NCBI GenBank assembly: GCA_951406725.2 | Contig: OX597836.1 | Location: 32,736,001 to 32,800,000, forward strand | Direction: 5' to 3' | Source of the DNA: Octopus vulgaris | Lineage: Eukaryota | Length of the DNA: 64,000 nucleotides | Shown: positions 13,307 through 26,662 of the stretch, in pieces | Layout of the letters: every line of letters begins with the position of its first letter | Position numbering within the stretch: the stretch's first letter is position 1 | The notes under the pieces: model-generated | What the model saw: only the letters and a program-made list of their open reading frames with translations | What the model was told of the DNA's origin: nothing | The model's database searches: none | Made by a program: the position numbers and the translations under genes

Positions 13307-14160
13307 GAGAGAGTAGGGGAGAGAGAGTTTTTTAAAAATGCTATGATGAAAATATTTTTCGTGTCAATTCAAATAACATTGGAAATGATTAAAACAAACA
13401 GAAAAATAAAAACAGATTAAGCAAAGAAGAAAATGAATGAAATTAACTGACAACCTAAAACATTACACATACACACACATACACACACAAACACACACAC
13501 ACACACAAACTTGAATGTGTCCTAACCATACTCTCTGACAACCACATATATACTAAAATACACACCTAGACCTTCTCAGTAACTCTTTAGATGACTAAAC
13601 AAATAAATAAATAAATAAGTGAGAGACATTAATTCTAGCAGCATTCACCAAATGCTGCCCTAAACATTGGCAAAGTGTCAGAACAGGCTTAATTGATTAA
13701 ATGTTAGGACCTTCAGTAGTTGTAGCAAGTTCAATCCTCGTTGACAGCTGATATTTCATTTTATTCAGCTGTTATAGGAGATGCAGTGAAAATGCCACCA
13801 GCACATTCTCCTGGGGTAATAACTGGCACCTTAGACCTCTTCACCTAAAGATGGCACTTGCTGTTCAGTGTTGAAATAGGTTATGAAAATGTTTTTATTC
13901 ATATTGTGGAAATTCGTGAAAATAAAACTGGTAGGCGTGGCTGCATGGTAAGAAGTTTACATCCCAAACACAATGTTCTGGGTTCAATCCCACTTGATGG
14001 CACTTTCGGTAAAAGTATCTTCTACTATAGCCTGGAGCTGACCAAAGCCTTGTAAGTGGACTTCATAAGTGGAAACTGAAAGAAGCCTATCGTATATATA
14101 TATATAAGGTATTGGTGTCCAAAAGACCCAATATTTCCCTCTATTTAACCATCTCACATC

Positions 14161-14208
14161 GCCTCTGATGAAGGGATATCCCTAATATCCCAGAAACAGC
14201 TTTAAGAC
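14161..14208 (+). ncRNA. Partly degenerate minimal hammerhead motif
   Basis: gcct-CTGATGA-a-GGGATAT cccta ATATCCC-a-GAAA-CAGCTT-TA-agac. Core intact; mismatches in stem I, at the base of stem II and in the helix III palindrome. Confidence 0.55.
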
Positions 14209-14313
14209 ACTTTCTCTTTATAAATGTCCTGAAAATTCCACACAGCCTTGGCTTTGTTTCATTTTATTTAACATATATTTATTTATTTCATTTATATATA
14301 TATATATATAAAT

Positions 14314-14344
<31 letters not shown>

Positions 14345-14954
14345 TCATCATCATCATTTAACATCCATTTTCCATGCTGGTATGGGTTGGATGACTTGAC
14401 TGAAAACTGGTAAGCTGTGGAGCTTGCATCCAGTTCCAATCTGTTTTGGCACGGTTTCTACAACTGGATGTCCTTCCTAACACCAACAACTCCAAGAGTG
14501 CAGTGGGTGCTTTTTACGTGCCACCAGCATGTGTGTATGTGTGTGTGTGTGTCTTTGTGTCTGTGTTTGTCCCTGACCACTGTTTGCAAACAGTTGTTGG
14601 TCCCAGTAACCTAGCAGTTCAGCAAAAGAGACCAATAGAATATTAACCAGGTTTAAAATAAACATAAGTACTGGGATTGATTCACTCCACTAAAATGCCT
14701 CAAGGCAGTGCCCCAGCATGGCCTCAGTCTAATGACTGAAACAAGTAAAAGAAAAAACTGTAGTCACAAGTGTTGTCATGTGGTCAAGAAGCTTGCTTCC
14801 CAACCTTGTGGTCTTGGGTTCAATCTCACTACACAACACTTTGGGCAAGTGTCTTCTACTGTAGTGTCAGGCTGACCAAAGAATTGAGAGTTGATTTGGT
14901 TGATGGAAACTGAAAGAAGCCCATCGTATAAATATGTATATAGATATGCATGCA

Positions 14955-14985
<31 letters not shown>

Positions 14986-17432
14986 CTTTTTGTTTGTGTT
15001 GTGTTAATTCTCCTCACTGCTTGACAATTGATGTTGACAATTTGTTTACACACTTGTGACTTAACAGTTCAGCAAAAGGGATTGACAGAATAAGTACTAA
15101 GCTTTATAAACTAAAAAAAAACAAGTACTTGGGTTGATTTGTTCAACAAATCCTTCAAGGCAGAGCTCCAGCATGGCCACAGTCTAATGACTGAAACAAA
15201 TAAAAGATGATAAAAGACTACAAAAGTGGGGGAGTGAAAATCTTCAGCATGCAACTCGCATATACATTTATACAACAGGCTTCCACACAGTTTCCACCTA
15301 CCAAATTCACTCAAAGGCATTGCTCCACCTGGGACACTTTCCAAAGGTGCCATGCAATGGGACTGAAACTGAAACCCTATGGCTGCAATGTGAGATTCTT
15401 AACAACACAGCCATGCCTGCATCGACAAGCTATCCAAACAAAGGAGTGAAAGCAGGAGTAAGGGAGACAAAACAATGGTTTACTGTTTACCATTTTCTAT
15501 TCTCTCCTGATAAAAGGGTTAAGGGTTAATCAAGAGAAAATGGTAGATGGTGATGAGCTGATGTCTTTTGTGTAGATATGTGGAGGGGATGCAACATGGA
15601 ATTCTTAATGTAACCAGTTCACTTCATGCGGTTTGAATTTATAGCTGATAAATGGATTCAGTTTATTAATGAAGATAGCCCCCTTAATCCTCAAATAACC
15701 AATGTTCCATTCTGTTGTCTTGGGGGGTGTGTGAATTCTGTTGTCTTGGTGCCTTGTGAATTACATTTCTCCAGATGTTTCTCAATTGATGTGTTTGTGC
15801 ATATTTGCTATTTGCATCTGATGCATCTGATGAAAGATCTGCCACATTAATTGCACACCATTTTGCACACTACTTAAGCTCTTGAGTACATATCTGTATT
15901 GTTGAAGTTGCATTGACTAGAGTGTACATATCATTTTCACTTCTTTGTGTTGACTTATAAAATAATTTTAACAACTTTATCCTGTTTACAGGACAAAGCA
16001 TTTCAATGCTTCAAACTACACTAAAGCACTTATCACTCCAAGACTTCAACAGAAGACATTAGCTCAAAATGTTCCTCATAGAGATTGAACCCAAAGCTTT
16101 GTAGTTAGGAAGTGAGCCTATTAACTACACTGCCATGTGCTTCCTTGCAGTTTCTATCCACCAAATGGTTAGTCTTTGATTTCTGTAGAAGACACTTTAC
16201 TTAACTCTTTAGTATTTAAACCAGCCATATCCAGTCAAAGTACTCTACCTGTTTTATTTTCAAACTGGGTAGATCCAGCCTTTCACACTTACCCTACAAT
16301 ATTATTCTAAGAATAAACAATCACATTATTGATATCTCAGAGTTACAAGGTGATGCAAGTTTAATCAAAATCAATGTGAATAAATAAGCATGACAGAGAA
16401 ATCTGAATGCTAAATGGTTAAAGTGTCATGCAGTGGAATTGAACTTGAGACCAGATTGTAACAAAGTGAATTCCATATCCACACAGCAATGTCTGCACCC
16501 TGAAATTTAGTAACAGCAGTAGCAGCTGTAGCCGCAGCACATGAGTCATGAATTAAAAACTTTCTACAGCCGAGGTGTTTCGCTGTGTGCCTCTTGTGCC
16601 TCGGTGTGTATGCATAACACCCATCACAGGGGAATCAGTACAAAATATTTCTAGACAGGCAGGATACCTGAGTTTGTATAACACCATGTGTAGGAGTCAA
16701 TATATCTCTCATTTCTTGACTTAACACTACAGAATCTGAATTAAGTAACTGGTCCCTCGGACCCTTGAGGTTTCTGAAAAAGATTAATTTTTATTTATTA
16801 TTATCTCTAAGGTTTTAAATGTTTTTTTTTTCTTCCTTTTTCTGAACAGGAAGTGTTAAAGAAAAAGAGAAGTAGAGAAAGAGTGAGGAACAGAGACAAA
16901 AAAAAAAAAACTAAAATAAAATCCCTTAAAAATATTAGTTTCTATAGTGATCTAAGTAAATGGATGGGTAGCAGGGGGTGAATGGAAGGGGTTTGATTTA
17001 GTTCCTTGTTTGGAACAAATATGCTATAGAAGAAAATGTTGTGAAAGGTTGAATAGGAAAAGGGTGGAGGTTTGAATCTGTAGTGAGATATATATAAGGA
17101 TAACAGTGGGTGTATATAAGGTGTATATGCTATATAAATAAACAGTTGACTCCAGCTTCCCATTTACTCATATGAGGTTGGTTGGTTGGCATTTATGAAT
17201 AATCTTTCTATACATCAGTTATTTTGGGTTTTTCCATGGTTTTTTTTTTCTCGATTTTTTTTTTATATATGTATGAAAAGAGGGGGTGAAAACCCCACCA
17301 AAAAACAACAAACAAAATATAGAACTGTGTTGACCTTAAGGAAAAGGGAAGTGTGGTTGATGTTGTTCTTGTTGTTATTGTCATTATTGCTGTAGATATT
17401 TACTGTAGTTGGCGCTTATTTGTTCGGTGTTA

Positions 17433-17490
<58 letters not shown>

Positions 17491-17689
17491 CATCATCATC
17501 ATCATTATTGATGGTGGTAGTAACAGTAGTAGTAGTAGTAGTTGAAGCAACAATAGTTGTAGTAGCTGTAGTATACATACATACATACACATACACATAC
17601 ACATATCACACGCATACATGCATATATGTATGCACATGTGTGTGTGTATATATGTATATATATATATATATGCATGTATGTATATAGGC

Positions 17690-17730
<41 letters not shown>

Positions 17731-18328
17731 CATACATACACAAACACATACACAGTCATGTGCATACACACATGCATGCACATACACACACGCACGCACG
17801 CACATATACGTATATGTTTATTTTCTGTTGTACCCTTGGGAGCCATTTCTCAAGTCTGTTGCGGTGTGGCTTATTAAAATTTTAATATTTAACAATCGTT
17901 GAGGGAATTGAATCTAGGCCAGGAACATGGTAACGCCAAGATAAATCTACAGCCACACCAGAGAATTGATCCACCCACCAGTTGCAATTTAATAACCATT
18001 TATTTTCACTAGGCACATGGCCATTGCCATTTTTTTTTTCTAAAAAAGGAAGAGTAGGGAGAAATATAAATGATTGATGCCTATTTTCTGTTTCTTATAT
18101 TTATTTATTTATTCTTTTACTTGTTTCAGTCATTTGACTGTGGCCATGCTGGAGCACCAGCTTAAAGGGTTTTAGTCGAACAAATCAACACCAGGACTTA
18201 TTATTTATAAGCCTGGTACTTATTCTATCGGATTCTGTTGTCGAGCTGTTAAGTTACAAGAACATAAACACACCAACATTGGTTTCCAGCAGTAGTGGAG
18301 GGACAAACACACATACATACATAAATAT

Positions 18329-18411
<83 letters not shown>

Positions 18412-18849
18412 ACAGGCTTCTTTCAGTTTCCATCTACCATATCCACTCACAAGGCTTTGGTCAGCCTGAAGTCCACCCAAAGCTATTGTAGAAGGTACTT
18501 GCCCAAGGTGCCACACAGTGGGACTGAACCCGGAACCATGTGATTGGGAAGGAAGCTTCTTACTACATAGCAATGCCTGCACCTATTTATTTATTCATTT
18601 ATTTAATTATTTATTTATTTATTTGGCTTATAAGTAATCACATTCAGATAAATTAAGAACAAAACCAACTTTGGTAATGTTTGAACTTAGAAGAATAAAA
18701 CAACAAATCTAGTTACCTTTATATAAATGCTACATATCAAACTCAAAGTCTGTCCATTAACCAGTTTACTACATCTTTTTGTGTATATATGTATGTTCTG
18801 TTTGGTGAGTGGTGCCATATTAGCAGAGTTGTTAGAACAATCCTAACAC

Positions 18850-19015
18850 ATTTCTCTCTCTCTCTCCCCATTTTTTCGCCCTCTCATCCCTTTCTGCTGA
18901 AGAGCATAGGCTTGAAACACCAAAAACTTTTCCATTTTTCCAGAGCTTCAAACTAATACACCTGCTTCTTGTTCCCTCACCTGCCTCTGACGTTCGTTTT
19001 CTGTACATCTGAACC

Positions 19016-19046
<31 letters not shown>

Positions 19047-19200
19047 GTTGAAATTTACAGAAAAACGGAAGACAAAGACAGCTGTATGAACAACAAGCAG
19101 GTGTATTAGTTTGATGCTCAGGGAAAAATGGAGAAGTTTTTGATGTTTTGAGCATATGCTCTTCAGCAGAAAGGAATAAGAGGAAATAAACAGAGAGAGA
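18850..19200. repeat. Inverted pair of Penelope-like terminal fragments around (TA)n, each with a degenerate hammerhead-like motif (CTGCTGA core)
   Basis: 18850-19017 is the reverse complement of 19048-19200; a third partial copy lies at 2450-2537. Confidence 0.7.
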
Positions 19201-19822
19201 AAACTTGTGGATTTAGCGATCAATCATAGCAACTGGTTGGGAAAAATAGTTTGACAGGAGAGCAAGGAAAAGGGGGAGATAATAAAGTACTGGTGATCCC
19301 AAAACAAAGATGCGCATACGTGTGTGAATGTAGAGTGTGTAAGTGTGTGCACGTGTGTATATAGGGGCTATTTATATATATATATATATATACTTACATA
19401 GATTATATATGTATATATTGGTGCCCTGTTGTACCGTTTATCTACTTATATGAAATATATATATATATATACACATACATGTATATGTATATATACATAC
19501 ATATGTGCACATGTGTTTCTGTAATGTCTTTAATGTCAGAGTAATTGGTAATTAATTGCTTTAATGTGTGTGGATAAGAGAATACCTATTATCAATACTA
19601 GCAGAAGCACTGCCTTCTGGGTGGTTTTTCTGCAAAATGCTAAATAATATTAACACTCCTGATTTCCAATTTATGTAAATTTTTCTGATAAGTTACATTT
19701 AGTTTCTTTTTGTATCGTTTATTCATCGAATGGCACTCACTTGCTCAGTAAATTAATTTAGAATAATAGTAAGCACTCTAAGACTGTTAGAATTAATGGA
19801 AGAAATCAGGTATTATGTTGAC

Positions 19823-20048
19823 TCAACCTTTTAGCATTCAGACTACTCTCAAATGTAATGCTTATTTATTCACATTGTTTTGAATTAATCATTCATTATC
19901 TTGTAGCTTTGACATTTCAATGATGTGTCTGTATATTTTTAGAATAAAAAGTAGGATAGGTGTGAGAGGCCAGATCTAGCCAGTTTGAACATAAAACACA
20001 TTGAATAGTTGGATCGGATGTGGCTGGTTTAAATGCTAAAGGCTTAAC
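19823..20048 (+). mobile_element. piggyBac-like MITE with TTAA-type ends
   Basis: caaccttttagca...tgctaaaggcttaa termini. Related copies at 16201-16421 (-), 23790-24007 and 24620-24827; a different TTAA-ended family at 3148-3380. Confidence 0.55.
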
Positions 20049-20244
20049 ATAGCTGCATAAAAGTTTATCTTCAGTTTATTGTTTATATATACATAAGAGA
20101 AGATTCCATACCTTTGCATGACAGAGAACTAGATTACACACTAGTATGTACTTTTAAGCTTATCTCTATAGCTTTTCTTTAAATTTCAGAGTTGGCACTG
20201 CAAGTAATGTTGTTTTGTAAATGAATATGTCTACATATGAATGT

Positions 20245-20665
20245 GGTGGTATCAAAAAAGTTTCTGAACTAGTTACATTTAATAAAAAAAGAACTTATTT
20301 AGTTAGGTTTTAACATCATCTCCTTTGAAATAGTCACTTTGCACAGCAATTTACCTGTCCCGGGATTCCTGCCACTTTTGGAATCCAGCCTGGAAGTTGT
20401 TTTCCGTAAGCAAGCTGAGGCCCTTCTGCAATTTGCTCTAGATTTCAACAGTGGTGTTAGAATGGCAACCTTTGAGCTGCATTTTCACCTTGGGGAAGAG
20501 ATGGAAGTTCACAGGTAATAAATCTGGTGAATAGGGTGGGTGCAAAAATGATACCATGTTGTTTTTGGCAAGAAACTCACAAGTGAGGAGAGTTTGGTGA
20601 AGAATCCAATTTTTCACCCTCCACAGATCTGGTCCCTTTCGCTAAATCTCCTCCCTCAAATGATG
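20245..20665 (-). mobile_element. mariner transposase 3' relic
   Basis: Reverse strand encodes EFLAKNNMVSFLHPPYSPDLLPVNFHLFPKVKMQLKG (YSPDL motif). Confidence 0.75.
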
Positions 20666-21397
20666 AGGGAAGACTGATCAATCATTACTGTTGTCCAGTT
20701 GAATAAAGTCTATTAAATGTAGTAGAAGTAGGTTCAGATTAAAATAGTTACCTGTGTATCACACTTCAAGTAGACACAATGCAATTCATATCTCTACATA
20801 GTCACACTACATGCTAGAAATAATTACCAAATATACTGTAAATCATACCTTGTCTTCTTAAATAAATAAAACAACAAACAGTTCTATCTATATACTCCTA
20901 AAATTATAATTGGATGGTCTCTGGTAGATTGCTTTTAAATACAGCTGGGCAATGTGCAATCATTGCCGAGCCGTGGCTCAAACAGCAGGCAATTTTTTTG
21001 CAGAATGCACAGAAAAACAGTGTTGGTCAGATTAATGAAACCAGAGGTATGGGATTTTGGTTACAATTCATTCATAACAATTTTTATTTTTAGTGAATGT
21101 TGCTACAGAAAAAAGAAAAAATCTCACTGACCTACATTATGTCTAAGCACAAAAGAAGGTGTGACAATGAAAGAGTGTATATGTATGTATGTATGTACAC
21201 ATACACATGCACATACAATACACCCATATATTTATATATATATACACACACACACAGAGACATGCACACACATATACACCCATATGTATACATATATATA
21301 TATATGCAAGTATGTATGTGTGTGTGAGTGTATATATATATATTGTTGTCTTCTAAGAGTTATACGTTCTTGTCCATGTTGTATTTTTCTACATACC

Positions 21398-21435
<38 letters not shown>

Positions 21436-21574
21436 CACACACACCACACACACATATATAATTATGTATTCTTTCATTTGAGTACCCACCTGTGTGCAGG
21501 TATGTATGTATGTGTTCAAGTATGTAGTTTAGATTTAACATTGATAACCTTATCTTCTTTCTCCTATTATTATC

Positions 21575-21607
<33 letters not shown>

Positions 21608-21626
21608 GTGTGTATGTGTCTGTCTA

Positions 21627-21657
<31 letters not shown>

Positions 21658-22034
21658 ACCTATGCGTGCTTGTGTGTGTGTGTCTGTCTGCATTCACCAC
21701 ATGTAAAGCTTTTGATTCATAAAAACTTCAAACTCTTCCTTAGGCCTTTCACCCAACACTTCTGACTGATGGCAGGTTAATAGTATCTTATTGCTCAGCC
21801 ATACAATAGCTTCTTATCACTATGAAACATCAGCAACTTCTATTCAACGAGGATAAGATAGGATACAAAAAGGTTTCCTCTACAGCAATTCTATCCACAC
21901 AGCTTCTTTTATAATTTTCATCTTTTTTTTTTTTTTTGCTTCTCCTCCCTCTACACTTTTACTTTCACAAGAAAAGAATGCCTACTAAAATGGGTGGTTT
22001 GTGAATCAAAAACTTGTATGTACATCTACTACAT

Positions 22035-23280
22035 ATTACCATTGTCATATCCTCTTGTTCATCATCTTCGTTCCCCAGACAATTCAGAAACCATAAAGCA
22101 AAATAAGTATGTGCTTTGGGCATTAAGGGAAAGTGGGGAAGCTACAGAAATGGTAAATGGTTTATGGCACAAAAAAAAATCATTTTAAACATGCTAAAAT
22201 AATATTCACAATGCTGAAGTATTTAGGGCCTCTATGGGTCTTAATCCAGCCCTGCACCTATATGTTAGCAATGTATCATAGATTTTCCCTCTTGTTCATC
22301 TTCATTTCCCAGACAATTCACAAAACTAACTGACATTCAGTGCTGGTTTAACTAAGATGAGAACCACAGAAATAGTAAATGGTTTATGGTACAAAAGAAA
22401 TCACTTTAAACCTGCTAAAATGATATTCAAAGTGATTTATATGATCAGAAATATAATTTCAGAGTGTTAATGGTATCATAGTGAGGATCTGATCAAAAAA
22501 AGTAGGAGAAAACTTTTCAAATATAAGTAAAGTGGAAGTATACAAAAATAAACATTATTTTCCATCTTACTGTTTTATTCTGTTTCATTTTGAGAAATTA
22601 AAATTTACATTACGATTTATTATTGCTTATATGGGGGCACCAAAATCTTTAAAGTGCTTAGGGCCTGTATGGGTCTTAATCTAGCCCTGCATCAACTACA
22701 TGCTACCATTGTTCTCCCTCTTATCCATCATTGATCTCCAGGTAATTCACAAAACTAACTGACACCCAGTGATTGATTAACCATTAGGCAAAATAAGCAC
22801 AGGGTTTGGGCATCGAGAGAAGGGGAAATCACAGAAATGGTATATGGTTTACAGCACAAAAGAAATCACTTTAAACTTGCTAAAATAAAATTTGCAATAC
22901 TTTATATGATCCTAAATATAATTTAAGAGAATTAATAGTAAAGATCTAGTCAAAGATTTTGCAATCAAAATATAAGTAGGTGAAAACTTTTCAAATATAA
23001 ATGAAGTGGAAGCATACAAAAATAAACATTATTTTCCCTCTTACTGTTAGTTTTGTTTCATTTTGGAAAATAGAAATTTATTTTATGGTTTATTATTGTT
23101 TTATATTTTGAATTACAAATACAAGATTTTGGGGGCACCAAAATCTTTTAAGTGCTTAGGGCCCGTATGGGTCTGAATCCAGCCTTGCATCTACAACATG
23201 TTACTTACCATTGTTTTATCTCTTGTTCATCATCATTGCCCCTGAGGATTCATAATAACTAAGTGACACCTTAATTATTC
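22035..23280 (+). repeat. Degenerate tandem array (3 units plus a partial, ~230-490 bp) ending in a hAT-like terminus
   Basis: Recurring ctcttgttcatc, cagaaatggtaaatggttt and ttagggcc..tatgggtcttaatccagccctg blocks. Confidence 0.75.
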
Positions 23281-23555
23281 TGCAAGCCATAAAGGTCTGT
23301 GAGTGCTGTGTAGTTTTTTTGTCCCCCCTTTTTATCTCTGTATTACATTCGCATCATTTTTTTTCTTTTTTACTGCTAAGATGTTCTCCATTTTTAAGAC
23401 GTAAATTTATCTGTAGCATACTATTTTTTTCATGTACACATATATACCTACATACATATATGCACAAACTGTGCATGTGTGTGTGTTTGTGTATGTGTGT
23501 GTGTGTGTGTGTGTGTGTTTCTGTGTATGCATGAATTTGTATATTTCTTTTTTAC

Positions 23556-23597
<42 letters not shown>

Positions 23598-24007
23598 TTC
23601 CTCAACAATTCTTTACAGACTAAGATCTCTCCCAGATATAAATTTAATGTACAAACAAATATTTTGTAACTTTATGAAAAATACATCAGGGAAAATATGA
23701 TAAAAAGGAAGAAAAAGAGAAAAAAAACTAAAAAAGAAAATTTTTTTCTGTTTCTTTAGAACATTTTAAAGTTGGCTTTTAACACTGTTTCTCTTTAGTA
23801 TTCAGATTACTCTGTCAAATGTAATGCTTATATATTCATACTGTTGTGAATTAATCAGGCATTATCTTGTAGCTTGGAGATTTAGATAACGTGGCTGTTT
23901 ATCTCTAGAATGACATTGCAGGGTAGGTGTGAGAGGCCAGATCTGGTTGGTTTGAACATAAAACAGATAGAATATTAGGACCAGACAGAGCCAGTTTAAA
24001 AGCTGAA

Positions 24008-24589
24008 CAGGGGTTCTCAACTATTTTTCATCTATGGTCCCTTTTGATTACTATTTTATTCTGGTAGATCCCTGTAGTCATTCGATATTTAAAACTAGTT
24101 TCATAGAAACTTCTTCCAAAATTCCTATTTTGTTTTTCACCCATTAACTTGTGTAGGTTCAACTATGTAAAATGTTAGAGAAAGAAACTGAGCTGTTTCT
24201 TGCAATACACACCAATACATACATCTAAAACAAAATTTTTGGGGATCCCCAATTCATTATTTTGCTGGCATGGATCTCCCTTTGATTGCTATTTTATTCA
24301 CATCCATTTGATATTTAAATCTAGTTTCCTAGAAGCTTCTTTCAAGATTCCAATTTTGTTTTTCACACATTAACTTATGAAGGTTCAACTATGTAAAATG
24401 TTAGAGAAAGAAACCTGGCTGTTTCTTGCAATACATACCAATGCATAGATCTAAAGCAAAATGTTTTCAGGGGCCCTTAAAATACTGTTGTGGATCTCCA
24501 CTTTACTATTTTGTTACATGGACCCCAATCCCCCCAAAAATCTTATATGAACCCTTAGGGGCTATATGGACCCTGGTTAAGAAGCACTG
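24008..24589 (+). mobile_element. hAT-like MITE with an internal ~240-bp duplication
   Basis: Starts caggggttctcaac and ends ggttaagaagcactg; 24035-24245 is repeated at 24270-24470. Confidence 0.6.
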
Positions 24590-25865
24590 TGCTATAGGGT
24601 TCAGCTTTTATCTTCTGATTACCCTTTCGAACATAGTGCTTATCTATTCCTATTGTTTTCAATTAACCATTTATTATCTCCTAGCTTTGAGATTTCAAAA
24701 AAGTAATTGTTTATCTTAAAATGACATTGTAGGGTAGGTGTGAGAGGCCAGAGATCTGGTCTAATTGAACATAAAACAGGTAGAATATTTTGGTCACGTA
24801 TGGCTGGTTTAAATGCTAAAATGTTAAGGTTACTATTCTTTCAGTTTTAATTGTATTCAACATTATGAAAAAGTGCTCAAAAAAATAAAGTGAGCACATG
24901 AGGCAGTGAACCTTTATTTTAGTACCTGGGGTGAATTAGAAAAGTGGGAGACCCAGTTAGGTGCATTGGTGCTGAAAGATAATGATTTATCTTATGCCAG
25001 TTTTACTCATTGGACTGCAGCCTTGGTGAGTTACTGTTTAATCAAACCCAGTACATATAATTTTTAAGGGTGGCATTTATTCTATTGGTCTCTTTTGCTG
25101 ATTTGGTAAGTCATGAAGATTTAAACAAACCAACACTGGCTGTCAAGTGATGGGGTTGTGGGGTGGACAAACACAAAATATAAATGTACAGGTGCACACA
25201 TACACATGCACACACATACACACACATACACATATAATACGTGCAATGCCTTCCAGACAGCTTCTATCTACTAAATATGCTCGCAAGGCATTGGTTAACC
25301 TGGACGTGTGTAGAAGAAAGCACATGCCCTAAGGTGCCACACAGTGGGAGTGAACCTGAAATCACCTGGTCACAGAGCAAGCTTTTTAAAAGTCTAACAT
25401 TTTTTTGATATTTAAAGACATTGTCATTTGCTATTTTCAAAAACACCACACACACACACACACACACATTGGACATCATAATTTTTGACATACTATAACA
25501 GGATAGTCAGAGTTGGATTGTCTTTCACTACAGGTCTGTTTCTAGATCTAGCTTGACTTGGAGCTTAGTAACATGTCTTTCTTTTTCTTTTTTATTTTTC
25601 CAAAAATAATCTTGTATGAAATGCTACAATCCAAAATCTTTATCTGAAACTGCTGGAATCAATATTCTGGAGACTTAAAAAAAAAACCCCAGTTATTTTT
25701 AAAACAAGTTTCTTTATTTTCTTTATTGTTAGTTCTCTTTGTCTGTTTCTTTCTCTATTTATCAATCTGGCCTACCTCCCTGCCTATGTGTTTTATATGC
25801 AAATTTGCCTATTCTGCTATGTTGCACTACTGAACCTAATTGGCTTGTGAATAGCTGATGTGTTA

Positions 25866-25919
25866 AATGAGGTGCTGAGGATAGGGCAATAACCCCTGAA
25901 ATATGCATATACACTCATT
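25866..25919 (+). ncRNA. Minimal type-I hammerhead ribozyme motif, copy 1 of a tandem pair
   Basis: Stem I aatgag(g)tg/cactcatt; CTGAGGA 25875-25881; one extra T; stem II AGGG/CCCT; GAAA 25898-25901; palindromic helix III ATATGCATAT; AUA triplet, predicted cut after 25911. Confidence 0.72.
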
Positions 25920-26608
25920 ACCTGTTATATTTTTTTTATCTATCTTTGATTGTATTATTTACATAGACATATATATATATATATATATATCATCAGTTAA
26001 TGTCCATTGTCCATGCTGGCATGGGTTGGACGGTTTAACGAGGGCTGATAAGCTGAGGTACTGCACTAGACTCTAGTCTAATCTGGCATGGTTTCTATGG
26101 CTGGATGCCCTTCCTAACACCAACCACTCCAAGAGTTTGATGAGTGCTTTTATGTACCTCCGGCATGGATGCCATTTGCGTGACACCATTATCTGCCATG
26201 ACTATGTTTTCACTTGACTTGATGGGTCTTCTACTCAAACAAGGCATATTGCCAAAGGTCTCTGTATTTTTCCATTGCCTTTGTGAAGCCCAATGCTTGA
26301 AAGGTGCTTTTAACATGCCACCGCCACAGGTGCTGGCTATGCAACACTGACATCAGTCACATTCCCTCCGTGAGGCCCAATACTATATACACACATGCAT
26401 ATATGCACATAAATATATTATACCATTTTTATTTATTTTTAACATGTTATTGCTTAGCCCCAGGTCATCCCTGGTCAAGCAGAACCATGGTCAAAACTGT
26501 TCCAGCAATGCCTTCTCATCTTTTTCAGGAATATCTAAGCTTAAAGTATCCAATTTAAGAACAGTGGTACATCATATGACGGTGAACTGGTGAATAGCTG
26601 ATGTGTTA

Positions 26609-26662
26609 AATGAGGTGCTGAGGATAGGGCAATAACCCCTGAAATATGCATATACACTCATT
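26609..26662 (+). ncRNA. Minimal type-I hammerhead ribozyme motif, copy 2 of a tandem pair
   Basis: Identical to 25866-25919 at an offset of 743 nt; CTGAGGA 26618-26624, GAAA 26641-26644, predicted cut after 26654. Confidence 0.72.

Noticed and set aside
16567-16610. Small hairpin ccgagg/cctcgg, and a similar one at 46445-46530, as miRNA or snoRNA candidates
   Set aside because: Stems are too short for a pre-miRNA and match no conserved miRNA I recognise.
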